NCBI GenBank assembly: GCA_965644295.1
Contig: CBFFRP010000138.1
Coordinates: 62,001 to 126,000, forward strand
DNA from: Paraphysomonas bandaiensis
Taxonomy: Eukaryota; Protista; Chrysophyceae
Direction: 5' to 3'
Length of the DNA: 64,000 bases
The notes under the pieces were generated by a model. That model did not search any database. It was given only the letters and a program-made list of their open reading frames with translations, and was not told where the DNA came from. Of this stretch, positions 13,384 to 26,700 are shown piece by piece. Both the position numbers and the translations under genes were made by a program. The first letter of the stretch is position 1. The number at the start of each line of letters is the position of its first letter.

Positions 13384-14940
13384 CTATAACTCCCTCTCGT
13401 GCGATGGGTGCTGATGGTTCTTCTCTGCCTCAGGAACAGATTCGGCGTCTCTGAAATGGTCAGGTCTGTCTTCTGGAGCTGCTCGATGGAATTGCTTTCG
13501 ATGTTTCGTTACTTTTTCATTAGCTATGTCCGCAAGGCTCAAGTCATCTTCTTTCGGTGGCTCAGGAATGTCTGCGCCGAACTTTCTGAGAAGACCTGGC
13601 AAATTCTTTTCCATCTCTTCTTCATCGGTTTGTCTAAAGTGTTCTCTGTAGTCCTTGGTGTGCATACTTTTAAGGTCAGCCCGTGCGGTCTTCTTCAGTT
13701 CCTCCAAAACTCGTTCATCCATACCATCCGGTGCAAAAGCATCAAAGCCTAGTCTTTCCACCGTGGCTTTATAACCATAAAAAGAGACCATATCTAGTAG
13801 TTTGACGACTGACCCTTTAAGGTTCAGCACTTCCGCCAGATGGTCACAAGCTCGTCGTCCTGTGAACTGACCTCTAGTCTGTTTCTGCGACATGCGGAAC
13901 CTTTTCAATAAACCCTTGAACCAAAAGCAAACGTGCGCCTTGGGTATATTCGCAGCCGCAATTCCTGTGTGCTTTTCGGAAGATCCGTGGCTCGCCCCAG
14001 CCAAAGCTAGGGCCTTGGCAGCCTCTCTATGGTTATTTACAAACGTATGATGAAGGGCAGTCAGTCCTGATGCATCAACGACTTCCATATCAGCACCTGC
14101 TGCGAGTAGTTGAGACACGCTATCCATATGGTTGCTCTTCGCCGATATAGATAGAGGAGTGTTATTGAACTTATCCGTGACGTCCACCTTCGCACCTCCC
14201 TTGATTAGCTCCCGTATCACCTTCGGAAAATTTCCTCTGGCAGCAAGAAGCATGGCACAGGTACCATCATCATTGACAGTATTGGGGTCGTCTCCATTCT
14301 GGATTAGCACTCTCACTGCCCTGGCGTGCCCTTTAAAGGCTGCAGCAATCAACGCAGTGTTTCCTTGCATGTTCCTAATTTTCATGTCCGCACCCCGTGC
14401 AAGTAGTACCTCCACTACCTTATCATGACCGTATAACGCTGCCATTATTAGTGGTGTATTCTTTTCGTCAGACTGATGGTTTATATCTGCCCCATTATCC
14501 AAGAAGTACTCCACAAGATCTACGTGTCCGTTGGATGCGGCGGTTTCTAGAAGATAATACTTGACATCATCAACATCATCTTCAGCAAATATATCAGACC
14601 CATGTTCTACAAGAACCTTCACTGCATCAGTTTGTCCGTTAACAACTGCAAGAGTTATAGCCCTGTATCCATAATAGTCTTTTACGTCCGGATTGACACC
14701 TTTGGACAGCAGACGAGACACAAACTCATGTCTTCCATTCGATGCAGCGACATGAAGAGGAACTACTTCCTTCCACTTCATCTCAAGGTCACTATGTGTA
14801 GCTCCATTGGCAATAAGGGTATCCAGCGTATGTATATCTCCTATCTCAGCCGCTGATAAGAGCTCTTGCTCCCTTGTGCCTGCGACACCCATATAAGGGT
14901 GAAGGAGAGCCGTTATAACGGTTAATACTATAATAGACAT
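13384..14940 (-). CDS. Ankyrin-repeat protein with N-terminal signal peptide and C-terminal EREL
   Basis: Single 518-aa ORF with a hydrophobic N-terminus, about 8 canonical ankyrin repeats (PLHVAASNG, TPLIMAALYG, TALIAAAFKG) and a charged tail ending HEREL. Confidence 0.88.
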   Translation of the reverse strand: MSIIVLTVITALLHPYMGVAGTREQELLSAAEIGDIHTLDTLIANGATHSDLEMKWKEVVPLHVAASNGRHEFVSRLLSKGVNPDVKDYYGYRAITLAVVNGQTDAVKVLVEHGSDIFAEDDVDDVKYYLLETAASNGHVDLVEYFLDNGADINHQSDEKNTPLIMAALYGHDKVVEVLLARGADMKIRNMQGNTALIAAAFKGHARAVRVLIQNGDDPNTVNDDGTCAMLLAARGNFPKVIRELIKGGAKVDVTDKFNNTPLSISAKSNHMDSVSQLLAAGADMEVVDASGLTALHHTFVNNHREAAKALALAGASHGSSEKHTGIAAANIPKAHVCFWFKGLLKRFRMSQKQTRGQFTGRRACDHLAEVLNLKGSVVKLLDMVSFYGYKATVERLGFDAFAPDGMDERVLEELKKTARADLKSMHTKDYREHFRQTDEEEMEKNLPGLLRKFGADIPEPPKEDDLSLADIANEKVTKHRKQFHRAAPEDRPDHFRDAESVPEAEKNHQHPSHEREL

Positions 14941-15845
14941 GACTTCAGATTCAGATATGTTGATAATCTACTGAACAATGAAACAGAGGTGTTATACTAC
15001 ACTAATAACAGTGATATAATACAATATAGTGGAGTGATGGCATATCACTATGTCTTTGTCCATATATACAGTACACATCTATACTACATAGACATCTGCC
15101 TATACACTCCCCACAACACTACATATACTGTACATAGGAATTCCTACGCATATACTGAATAAACTGTACTGTAAAAAAATGGAAATTTTGTATGAAAGGT
15201 ACTCTACCACATACAAAAATTTCACTCCAAAAATTTGAGAAAAACGATAATTTTTGTGCTAATAAAACCCAATCTTTTTGGTGTAAATGGTAATACCGAC
15301 GATACTAATTTTATGTCCGATATACAAAATAAAAAATGCCGCATTTTATTGTACCATTGTAATATCGTCTCGTACCTTTAAGTTCGACCTCTGGCGTATA
15401 GGTAAAGTAATTTCTAATCCACAATTGCATACATGCACGATTTCGAACAGCTTCTTTTCTAATTGCATTTTCCAACTTACTTGTGTTTCTCAAAAGTAAT
15501 ATTACTATACAAAAATTCGTAGAATAGTATCCAATAAATAAACGATTTTCATGTCACATATTCATAAAAACCTAGCTTTTTCATAATATTTGCATCCAAT
15601 CTATTACACAAGATTTTTCAGTAAATCAGATATTTTGTCTCTACAAGATATGATATATACATATTATCCAATGAAGTTGAGTGTTCTGGATTGTGGGTGG
15701 TGTTTTTATGTATGTGTGTGTTATAGTAGTTTGATTTTATTGTTGGGAGGGTTAGTTATACATACATATCGTGCTGCGATTGAGGCATAGAGAGAGAGTT
15801 GCTTTATAATTATTTGTTAGATTTTCTTATAGAAGTGATTAGAAA

Positions 15846-16584
15846 ATGGCATCAAGAAAGAAAGTCCTTTTGAAGATAATTATCTTGGGCGATAGCGGGT
15901 AGTATCATATGTATGATATATGTGTGTTATATCATATATATCTGTATAATAGAGTCGGGAAGACATCTCTTATGAATCAATATGTGAATAAGAGATTTTC
16001 AAGTCAATACAAAGCAACAATTGGAGCTGATTTTTTGACTAAAGAGGTTATGATTGACGATAAGTTAGTTACACTGCAGGTAACGTAGAGCTACATGATA
16101 TCATGTATTGTAATTCATTTACATTTGGTTATTTATGTAGATATGGGATACTGCTGGTCAAGAAAGATTTCAGAGCTTAGGTGTGGCTTTTTATAGGGGA
16201 GCTGATGCCTGCATTCTTGTGTATGATATCACTGCGGAGAAGTCGTTTGAGCAACTTAACAGTTGGAGAGATGAATTCCTTAGTCAAGCAAGTCCGCGTG
16301 ACCCTGATAACTTTTCATTTGTGGTTATTGGCAACAAAGTTGATCGTGAGAGTGAGAGAAGGGTTCCCAAATCAAAGGCCACGCAGTGGTGCAAGTCCAA
16401 AGGCCCGAAGCCTATCCCCTACTTTGAGACTAGTGCCAAAGAGGCAATCAAGGTGGAGGTGGCTTTTCTAGAGGCCGCACAGATGGCCCTTCACCAGGAG
16501 ACCTCTGAGAATGAAGTTTTCATTCCTGACACCATCACATTCACCAACAAGCCTGCCCCTCAGTCCAGTGGGGGCTGCTGTTAA
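15846..16584 (+). CDS. RAB7: Rab7 small GTPase (3 exons)
   Basis: [18 protein letters not shown]|[32 protein letters not shown]..|[32 protein letters not shown], with a C-terminal CC prenylation motif. Confidence 0.97.
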
Positions 16585-17179
16585 TGTGACACTGATCCTT
16601 AGTCTACACTGGTCTTCTGCCCACTGTGGTCGTATTATACTTCGTGTAGTGTGTAGGTTAGCTCGAAAGGAATGATGTTATTATGTTATGTTGCATATGA
16701 ATAAGCATTGCAATTCTGCCGTTCCTACGATCTGTTTTCAGTCGTCAGTACCATTCGAGTGTGTGTTCTGGATCAGTTGGTGTTCCAATGATGATGATGA
16801 ATATCGTAATAATGGTAGTACACTACGGAACCTTAAAGTGCTATCCCTATTCTGTCTCTAAAAAACTTTTCTTTGGCATGAATTGGGCTCCACTAAACGC
16901 TCATATTAACACGGGGCAAATATAGACATTCAACTTAAATATTCGGTTCAACAGGAATACTCTTCTATCTAAATTATGGTACTGATTAGCACAATTTTAA
17001 AATCGCAGGATCTCAAATGGGCGCACCTTATAGGGGGGAGGTGGAGCAACACCACATAATACATCATACTATACCAAAAAAACATTTATATGTGATAAAT
17101 ATGGTATAATATATTTCCAGCAAGAAGACGCTGGGTGATATATGCTTAGGCTGTAGACTATTGGATTTTGTTAAATCCA

Positions 17180-17343
17180 TATATTGAAAGTCTTGTTATT
17201 TAGCAATAGGCGTTAAAAATCTGCACCAATATATTGGCTCGTTGAATGCTAGACATTCTAGTTAGACCACTACCCATAAATTCCATTATCCTACTATTTA
17301 GCGCTACAGAAGCTATTTGTGCGTCGCCGCAAGCACCAAGGTG
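17180..17343 (-). repeat. Dispersed ~170-bp repeat (putative retroelement 3' end), copy 1
   Basis: Reverse-complement match to 17832-18010 and direct match to 29540-29718. Confidence 0.75.
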
Positions 17344-17799
17344 TTTGAAATTTTGCGCATGTTTGAAATTTTGTTCTAGTTATATTCATATGGTGTATAC
17401 AGATAATTCTCAGTAGTAGAACACAGTAAAATTCATTATTATTAAATTAACTATTATCCAGCAGTAGTTGTCATCATCGTCTCTTAACATTTTCAGGATT
17501 GATACAACATTGCACATTAATTCGATACAGTGTTTACATACAACATCATGTCTCTGCCTGTAGATGCCATAATAATGAGCTAGGTGGTAATCTCACAATA
17601 GATAGAGAACATATGATAGCCATTAACGGTTATCAGGCCTCTATACAGCATCAGATATAGCACTTAAACTCTCCTGTAATATTCTTGATGTTCTGGTTAT
17701 GAAGATAGATCGCTTGTACGACTTCAATATGATCTTCAATATGATAACGAAGGATGTAATACAACTTGAGTGTTTGATGTTCTGTTTTGATAATGGCGA

Positions 17800-18010
17800 A
17801 ACTCGCAATCAACATCAAGAACGGAAGTGGTCGCACCTTGGTGCTTGCGGCGACGCACAAGCAGCTTCTGTAGCGTTAAATAGTAAGATAATGGAATTTG
17901 TGCTGATTAGTTATGGGTAGAGGTCTAACTAGTATGTCTAGCATTCAACTAGCCACTATATTGGCACAGGTTTTTAACGCCTATTGCTAAATAAAAAGAC
18001 TTTCAATATA
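17800..18010 (+). repeat. Dispersed repeat copy 2 (inverted relative to copy 1)
   Basis: Sequence GCACCTTGGTGCTTGCGGCGACGCACAAGCAGCTTCTGTAGCG...GACTTTCAATATA is shared with 17180-17343 and 29540-29750. Confidence 0.75.
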
Positions 18011-18574
18011 TGATAGCCATGACGGAATCAACATTCACAAGGGGCAATATCACTCATGGTCTCAGAAGTCACGGGAGTGGTTGCAGTGGGAATGACACCA
18101 GATGTTTCAGAAGGAGCAGCATCAGAACTGTCAGGGACAATATCACTCATGGTCTCAGAAGACACGGGAGCCATCGTTACCTACCGGCCATAAGTCACTG
18201 TGCGTCGAGTTCACATATGACAGAATTGTATTTGTATGGGTTGCACGCTGAAGATGCTGCACTTATGACCAGGAATGCTCCCGGGTATACACGTATACAC
18301 TGAGTTTTAAGTTGGGATATTACCAAACCCTGGCAAAGTGATGTTGTAGTTTCATGTAACAACTTGAACGATCATTGTGGTAAAATGGGCAGAAGTAAAT
18401 ATCAACTACTTGCACTTTAATCTTTAATTTGATACTGAATTTACTGATCAGAAGTGTAAGAGTCAACAAGTGCTGAGATGTTATTAACAGCTACAGATTT
18501 TTCAGTTGATACAACAAAATCCCATACATATCCTCTACGAGAGAAAAGAGGAAACAAAAAAAAACTGAAAAATG

Positions 18575-21500
18575 CACTTCTGTTAGCCTTAATTATCACT
18601 TTTTGAAGAAAGGCTCAGAAAATGTGCTTCGCATGTTTGACAAATTATATAACCTATGTGCTGCATTCAAGGCAATCGTTATGAGATCGTACAACATCCA
18701 CCTCTAAACAATTACATATACTGGATCAATTATTTCTTTAATACTGAAAAATAGCGTGTTAATATAACCGGATCAAACAATTACTGAGTAAACTTGAAAA
18801 CACACCAACTGTTCGAAGCATCAATATATACTCCAAAAATGACAAGTTAGTAACAAATAGGCAAACTAACAAAGCGTCAGATTAATATCTCCCATTGTCT
18901 CCAGTTGACTACAGTGAGTACACTCCTTACAGTTTCAGATTTCCGTATCAGCAGCAGAAACATCATCAAAGTTGACTATGTTTTGAATGAGATCCCGCGA
19001 GACGTACTGCACCAATGTGAAGGTTTTCCTAAACGTATATATACAGTTATTACAACATTTATTACAGACACATTAACTAACCTGGTGAGCAATTCAAATT
19101 TACCATATCTGGCAGTGTCTCCCATAAGGTTATTGTGCATCAAAATTAGCTTCTTGGATATACTCAAGAATCTCTCTTTCAAAAATTGCTTCACAATTGG
19201 TGGCAGGGTAGCAACGTGACCAGGGTTAACAAGACAATGAAAAACGGTGGAATCCAATGGCTGCCCTGGGGGCACTTCTAGCTTCATCCACTCTTTTTTG
19301 CATGCGCCAGTTTCATCAATAATCTGTTGTACCTCAGCGAGCCGATCATTCCATACCCCCAGACGCTCTTGCAGGTCTCGTCTCACAACAAAGGGGTGGT
19401 CCATCAGCGCGAACTCATAATATCCTTCTCCAAGGTCTCCTCTGTATGGGACGCGATCCACGGTATTCAATAGAAAGAGCAGGAAGCAGTTCTGCACTTC
19501 TACCGTGTCTCCAGTTCTGTCTGCCCTACGCTGATTAATGAACTCTTCATACAATTCTGGTAACATGCAACCAAGGGCAATGCTGTCCGCCATATTTTCT
19601 CTCAACTCCCACATCAACCATAGCAAAGCACAGTTGGACCGTGGTGTGGATGGACGGTAACCAGAAGGAGTGGCATCTGCCATGAAGTCAATATTGTCCT
19701 CGTCTCTGGCCTGAGTCAACTCCTCCTCCGAGAGGCGACCGCACTCTTCCACTAGACCCAGAGCCACCAATGTTTCGATAGATACTTCACGGAAGTTGGG
19801 CATATTTGTCCTTCCCGTGATGTAGTCATTCAGGGTCAATCCACCCAGTTGGTTCATTTGATCCTCGAAAAATCTCTTCGGGTTACTGTGTTTCGAAAGC
19901 ATCTCCTGCAAGAATTGAGTATGGTAACGAGGTTCCCGTCCTGTGATAGCAGGAATACGTGCAAGCACCAGCTCTCTGATGAAGGAAGCACGGGATCCAG
20001 CGTACACAAGATGACCCTGAGTATCAAGTCCACGACGACCTGAGCGCCCAGCCATCTGCTGCGCCATGAGAGTGTCTAACTTTCCACCCATCTCGCCACA
20101 GAATAGACATGTGCGGAATGGCATATTAACTCCGTAGGCGAGAGAAGAGTCGGACAGTACCACACCGAGTTTACCCTGCATAGCCAGGCGCATGACGGCC
20201 ACACGATACGCAGTGAAGTGATGATCGTTAATATACAAGCCAATACCGCGACGGAGAGCTCGCATCAAAGCATGTTTCGAAACATCGCCTTCGAATTTGT
20301 CACCCTTCTTAACATCATTGCAAATATCCTGGAACTCCCTTGATGAGATTGGGCCAGAGGGAGTCATCGCAAAGTCGGGGTGTGGTGCAGTGTAATCAAC
20401 GACCTCTATGGTGTCCTGAATAGTACCATCCCGCTCTGCTTCCTCCCTGTCCTGCCTGGTTTGAACCTCAGCCAGAACACGATTCTGCTCAGAACGCCTA
20501 GCAGCCGCCCTTCGTTCGAGGGATGAATAGTAGTTCGGGTGTGCTACCTTTTGCCTTTCCTCAATACCACCCAGTAAAGAATTAAATAACCCTATTAATT
20601 CGAATGCATTCAAGTGAAAAATGAGGCATGGAAGCATGCTCTGTCTCTTTAGATGCATAACGATATCTGTCACATTGAACTCAGGGGGCATATCCTCAAC
20701 AGTGTGAGCATCTAGCAACTCTTGTGTCTCAGTCTCATGCGAGACTGCGAGCTTCTCCAAGCGCCGCTTGAGCTCGTACTCGTACTCCTTCGACTGGATT
20801 AAAGTGATGCGGGTAGACGCGTCGTTGGAAAAATACTTATGCGGATCCAGGTCAGCAATGACCTCGGCAGGATAGTGCTACAACAAGTAAAGGGGTCATT
20901 AGTACCATTCAGGATATTATAGTCTTAAGCAGCACATGCACTCACATTTTTCATATCCAACCACATATTATAACTATCCAGGGGGGTCATCGGCAGACTA
21001 GACGATTTGAACCCATCATTCTTCAGGAAGTCTACGGTAATTGCAGACAATGGATGCAGCAGCTTTAGATGAAACTCGTCACTGTCCTTCTTTCGAGTCC
21101 ATGTGTGTCTCTGAATATTGAGGAATCTCCCTTCATGGCCCTGATATTTCACTAGTCTGTTAGCATCTTCAAGCTCCGCCCGCATTACTGCTTCTTTCGG
21201 GGTTTCCTGCCCAGCATTAACGTTGTTCATGTTAACTACAACATCACTTGTAGAGCGAGGGGCGTTCACTACTTCCACTTTCAGCTGCTCGCCGCGCACT
21301 CGCTCCATCCAGGATCTGAGTTCTTCTGCATTACCCACAGTTGCAGAGAGGGCAAGGAAGTTACAATTCATCAAACGAATCAACCGTTGTAACGCCTCCC
21401 CGTCGTCACCATCGAGCACGTGGATCTCATCGTAAACAACCCACCCATAATGGTCGAACCCGCCTCCCAGCTGTGCCTTGTCTACCTTATAGTCGCGTTC

Positions 21501-23133
21501 GAGGTAACTGCTACGGCCCCTTATCTTGGTCATCGCCGACTCCAGCGCTTTAGGGGTGCCGACTACGACGGCAGGGGGCTCATCAATCCTACTGTGGGGA
21601 CTGTAAATCATCTGATCAGTGACCAGCGCCACATTGCCAGAGAGAATGTGTCTAGCAAAATGCGCTGCCACCTGCCATACCAAAGGCTCCGTAGGCACAA
21701 CAAAGAGAACTCTGTTCTTGACCTCAGCAGTATCCACCACCTCCTCATCTCCCTCGATCTCTTCGTATTGCATACGCCCCAGAGTCGCAACGTAGGTGGA
21801 TATAATGGTCTTACCGGAGGAGGTCGGGGCACTGATCACTACACTCTTGCCGGCATCTATGAGGCGGAGAACGCGTTTCTGCCATTCATCTAAGCGGAAG
21901 TCTGACGTAAATGGAGACAACGGAGGTAGTCGGTCAGACATGACAGTAAGCTGGGTGACAATCATATCCTCCTCAGAACGCCAGCGATCCACCTATGCAC
22001 GTCGTTATTTCCACATTCAAAACAATGTATATAATATAGTGGACAGTACCGTTCTGAGTACGGTTCTATGCCTAAATACCAATTCCGCTTCCGGACTCCT
22101 TCTCGGTAGCCTCTCATTGTTTCTCCTCGCCTACACGCAGATTATCTCACAAAAAGTGGAAAAAGTGCTAACTAACATTGTGGTAGAGTGAATTGGCTTC
22201 GATAGCCCAGAAGACATCAAAGGCCAAGGCTTTCTCTCTCCTTTGAACAGCCGTGTCGAGGATCTCCAGCAAGAGTTCCAGCTTGCCAACGGGGGTCTTG
22301 ATCTGCTTTCTGATCTCTATTAGCGCACTGCGATGGGAAATTTACGTTACGGGATAAATAAATCAACACCGCAATACTTACGCTGCACCGTCAGACTTCT
22401 TATTAGATATACGCTCCCTGTCGTACATCAGATCTCTCTGTGTAAAACAGTTTAACAATTCTTCATGCGGATATAAATCGTACTCACCGCTTGTCGAGCC
22501 CTCTCCTGCTCAGCACGGATGGCTTCTCTCCGGGTTAAATGATTTCCATTACCTTCAGCGACGGGTGTAGTCACACGTTCCTCTTCCTCCTCCAACTTTT
22601 GCTCACGCTCCCACATCTCTTGAGGATCGAAGCCAGAGCGGGGCGCAAGATCACGCAGAATAACTGGGAGCGTGGATGCCCATTCCAATCTTCTTAGTCT
22701 TCGATTCCACACCTTTCTTCCGGGTTGTCTTGCCAGAGACAAATCCACTGCAATGAAATCACATCATGCACACAGCACACAGCAGCATGAGGGCTCACCA
22801 TTCTCTACTCTCTGTTGACTCATTTTCAATGAACTGATGCAATCTTGTTCTTCTGGTTAGTAATCTTCGTATGTCTATGCAATGGATTGACGATCTAGTG
22901 CTTCTTCTTGATAGTCGTATAATCACAGTCGCATATATGCATATGCATATGTACACTACATCTTGAAGAGCGAAGTGAAGTGAGATGACCACGACGAAGA
23001 AATGTCCTGAATGTCGTAGTACTTGAGAGCTTTTGTGACTTGAAAATCCAAAAAATCTAGTTTTTTATGTTGTATGGTGTTTTTTTATGATCAATATATT
23101 GTATTCTTTGCCTGATCCACAAATTCCGACACA
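18575..23133 (-). repeat. Left arm of ~4.6 kb inverted segmental duplication
   Basis: Near-identical reverse complement of 23751-28463, including introns and UTRs. Confidence 0.95.
18935..22823 (-). CDS. DDX60-like Ski2-family DExD/H RNA helicase, copy A
   Basis: Motifs LDEWQ..SVVISAPTSSGKT (I), VVPTEPLVWQV (Ia), VYDEIH (II), LALSAT (III), LRRGIG, LAYGVNMPFRT (V) and QMAGRSGRRGLD (VI). Multi-exon, MSQQRVEN start, ..AADTEI* end. Confidence 0.85.
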
Positions 23134-23750
23134 GTATCCCCAGATTTTAGGAAAAAATAGTTCCCAAATTCCCAAAAAAGTGGAGGCCCAGTTTTGATTT
23201 CCATTAAAAAAAACATATTTATATGGGTGAGATTATGTGTACTGCTGTACATGATATGAGTGTGTGTACTGCTGCATGTAATATAGCAGTACTCAACAGA
23301 GTGTGATGTAGTGAGCATATCTATCTATTAATAGTATCGTTGTTTGCGTTGTTTCGGTTAGCATTCACTGATAAAAATGAGAAACCAAACTTCGAACAGA
23401 TAGCGGTTGTTCTCATCTTTGAGATGAATGTCTGGAGCTGTGTGTATGTTGTTGTATGGTTATATAGTGGAGGGTATAGTAGATCACACCTTCCTCACAG
23501 CCCCTCATACTGCATCAGATATTGAAGATACTTTGAGCTCTTATGAAGCCAGACGTATTCATATTTGACTCGATACATGCATACATCCCATTTGAGGTGA
23601 GCATTGAATGTCTATGTACAGCATATACATACATACATGGAGATTGTACGCAGTGCAGTATAAGATCGAACAACGCGCTCGCGATATAACGCGATCTCAA
23701 TTTCAAGAAATTTAGTACGAAACTAAAATAATACAAAGATTTAGGAATAA

Positions 23751-26700
23751 TGTGTCGGAATTTGTGGATCAGGCAAAGAATACGGGATTTTTCGTTATTT
23801 ATACAATATATTGATCATCAAAAACACCATACAACATAAAAAACTAGATTTTTTGAATTTCTGCAAAAGATTTTCAACCTCTCACAAAAGTTCTCAAGTA
23901 CGTTTGTTTCTCTGCACACATTCAGGACATTTCTTCGTCGTGGTCATCTCACTTCACTTCGCTCTTCAAGATGTAGTGTACATATGCATATATGCGACTG
24001 TGATTATACGACTATCAAGAAGAAGCACTAGATCGTCAATCCATTGCATAGACATACGAAGATTACTAACCAGAAGAACAAGATTGCATCAGTTCATTGA
24101 AAATGAGTCAACAGAGAGTAGAGAATGGTGAGCCCTCATGCTGCTGTGTGCATGATGTGATTTCATTGCAGTGGATTTGTCTCTGGCAAGACAACCCGGA
24201 AGAACGGTGTGGAATCGAAGACAAAACAGACGGGAATGGGCATCCACGCTCCCAGTTATTCTGCGTGATCTTGCGCCCCGCTCTGGCTTCGATCCTCAAA
24301 AGATGTGGGAGCGTGAGCAAAAGTTGGAGGAGGAAGAGGAACGTGTGACTACACCCGTCGCTGAAGGTAATGGAAATCATTTAAACGGGGCAGAAGCCAT
24401 CCGTGCTGAGCAGGAGAGGGCTCGACAAGCGGTGAGTACGATTTATATCCGCATGAAGAATTGTTAAACTGTTTTACACAGAGAGATCTGATGTACGACA
24501 GGGAGCGTATATCTAATAAGAAGTCTGAGGGTGCAGCGTAAGTATTGCGGTGTATTTATTTATCCCGTAACGTAAATTTCCCATCGCAGTGCGCTAATAG
24601 AGATCAGAAAGCTGATCAAGACCCCCGTTGGCAAGCTGGAACTCTTGCTGGAGATCCTCGACACGGCTGTTAAAAAGAGGGAGAAAGCCTTGGCCTTTGA
24701 TGTCTTCTGGGCTATCGAAGCCAATTCACTCTACCACAATGTTAGTTAGCACTTTTTCCACTTTTTGTGAGATAATCTGCGTGTAGGCGAAGCAGGAGCT
24801 TGCAAATCGCAGGTTGGCGAGGATAAACAATGAGAGGCTACCGAAAAAGAGTCGGGAAGCGGAATTGCTGTCCAAGCATAAGACCGTACTCAGAACGGTA
24901 CTGTCCACTATATTATATACATTGTTTTGAATGTGGAAATAACGACGTGCATAGGTGGATCGCTGGCGTTCTGAGGAGGATATGATTGTCACCCAGCTTA
25001 CTGTCATGTCTGACCGACTACCTCCGTTGTCTCCATTTACGTCAGACTTCCGCTTAGATGAATGGCAGAAACGCGTTCTCCGCCTCATAGATGCCGGCAA
25101 GAGTGTAGTGATCAGTGCCCCGACCTCCTCCGGTAAGACCATTATATCTACCTACGTTGCGACTCTGGGACGTATGCTTGGCTGTGCCCCAGCTGCTCCT
25201 GCTGGTGACCGCAGGCCCGAGACCAATCCCACACCTGTTAGAGTGGTTGACGGACATGAATATGAAGAGATCGAGGGAGATGAGGAGGTGGTGGATACTG
25301 CTGAGGTCAAGAACAGAGTTCTCTTTGTTGTGCCTACGGAGCCTTTGGTATGGCAGGTGGCAGCGCATTTTGCTAGACACATTCTCTCTGGCAATGTGGC
25401 GCTGGTCACTGATCAGATGATTTACAGTCCCCACAGTAAGGTTGATGAGCCCCCTGCCGTCGTAGTCGGCACCCCTAAAGCGCTGGAGTCGGCGATGACC
25501 AAGATAAGGGGCCGTAGCAGTTACCTCGAACGCGACTATAGGGTAGACAAGGCACAGCTGGTAGGCGGGTTCGACCATTATGGGTGGGTTGTTTACGATG
25601 AGATCCACGTGCTCGATGGTGACGACGGGGAGGCGTTACAACGGTTGATTCGTTTGATGAATTGTAACTTCCTTGCCCTCTCTGCAACTGTGGGTAATGC
25701 AGAAGAACTCAGATCCTGGATGGAGCGAGTGCGCGGCGAGCAGCTGAAAGTGGAAGTAGTGAACGCCCCTCGCTCTACAAGTGATGTTGTAGTTAACATG
25801 AACAACGTTAATGCTGGGCAGGAAACCCCGAAAGAAGCAGTAATGCGGGCGGAGCTTGAAGATGCTAACAGACTAGTGAAATATCAGGGCCATGAAGGGA
25901 GATTCCTCAATATTCAGAGACACACATGGACTCGAAAGAAGGACAGTGACGAGTTTCATCTAAAGCTGTTGCATCCATTGTCTGCAATTACCGTAGACTT
26001 CCTGAAGAATGATGGGTTCAAATCGTCTAGTCTGCCGATGACCCCCCTGGATAGTTATAATATGTGGTTGGATATGAAAAATGTGAGTGCATGTGCTGCT
26101 TAAGACTATAATATCCTGAATGGTACTAATGACCCCTTTACTTGTTGTAGCACTATCCTGCCGATGTCATTGCTGACCTGGATCCGCATAAGTATTTTTC
26201 CAACGACGCGTCTACCCGCATCACTTTAATCCAGTCGAAGGAGTACGAGTACGAGCTCAAGCGGCGCTTGGAGAAGCTCGCAGTCTCGCATGAGACTGAG
26301 ACACAAGAGTTGCTAGATGCTCACACTGTTGAGGATATGCCCCCTGAGTTCAATGTGACAGATATCGTTATGCATCTAAAGAGACAGAGCATGCTTCCAT
26401 GCCTCATTTTTCACTTGAATGCATTCGAATTAATAGGGTTATTTAATTCTTTACTGGGTGGTATTGAGGAAAGGCAAAAGGTAGCACACCCGAACTACTA
26501 TTCATCCCTCGAACGAAGGGTGGCCGCTAGGCGTTCTGAGCAGAATCGTGTTCTGGCTGAGGTTCAAACCAGGCAGGACAGGGAGGAAGCAGAGCGGGAT
26601 GGTACTATTCAGGACACCATAGAGGTCGTTGATTACACTACACCACACCCCGACTTTGCGATGACTCCCTCTGGCCCAATCTCATCAAGGGAGTTCCAGG

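Noticed and set aside
18040-18172. Two ~33-bp direct repeats about 92 bp apart
   Set aside because: Only two copies, consistent with a simple local duplication. There is no array or associated gene.
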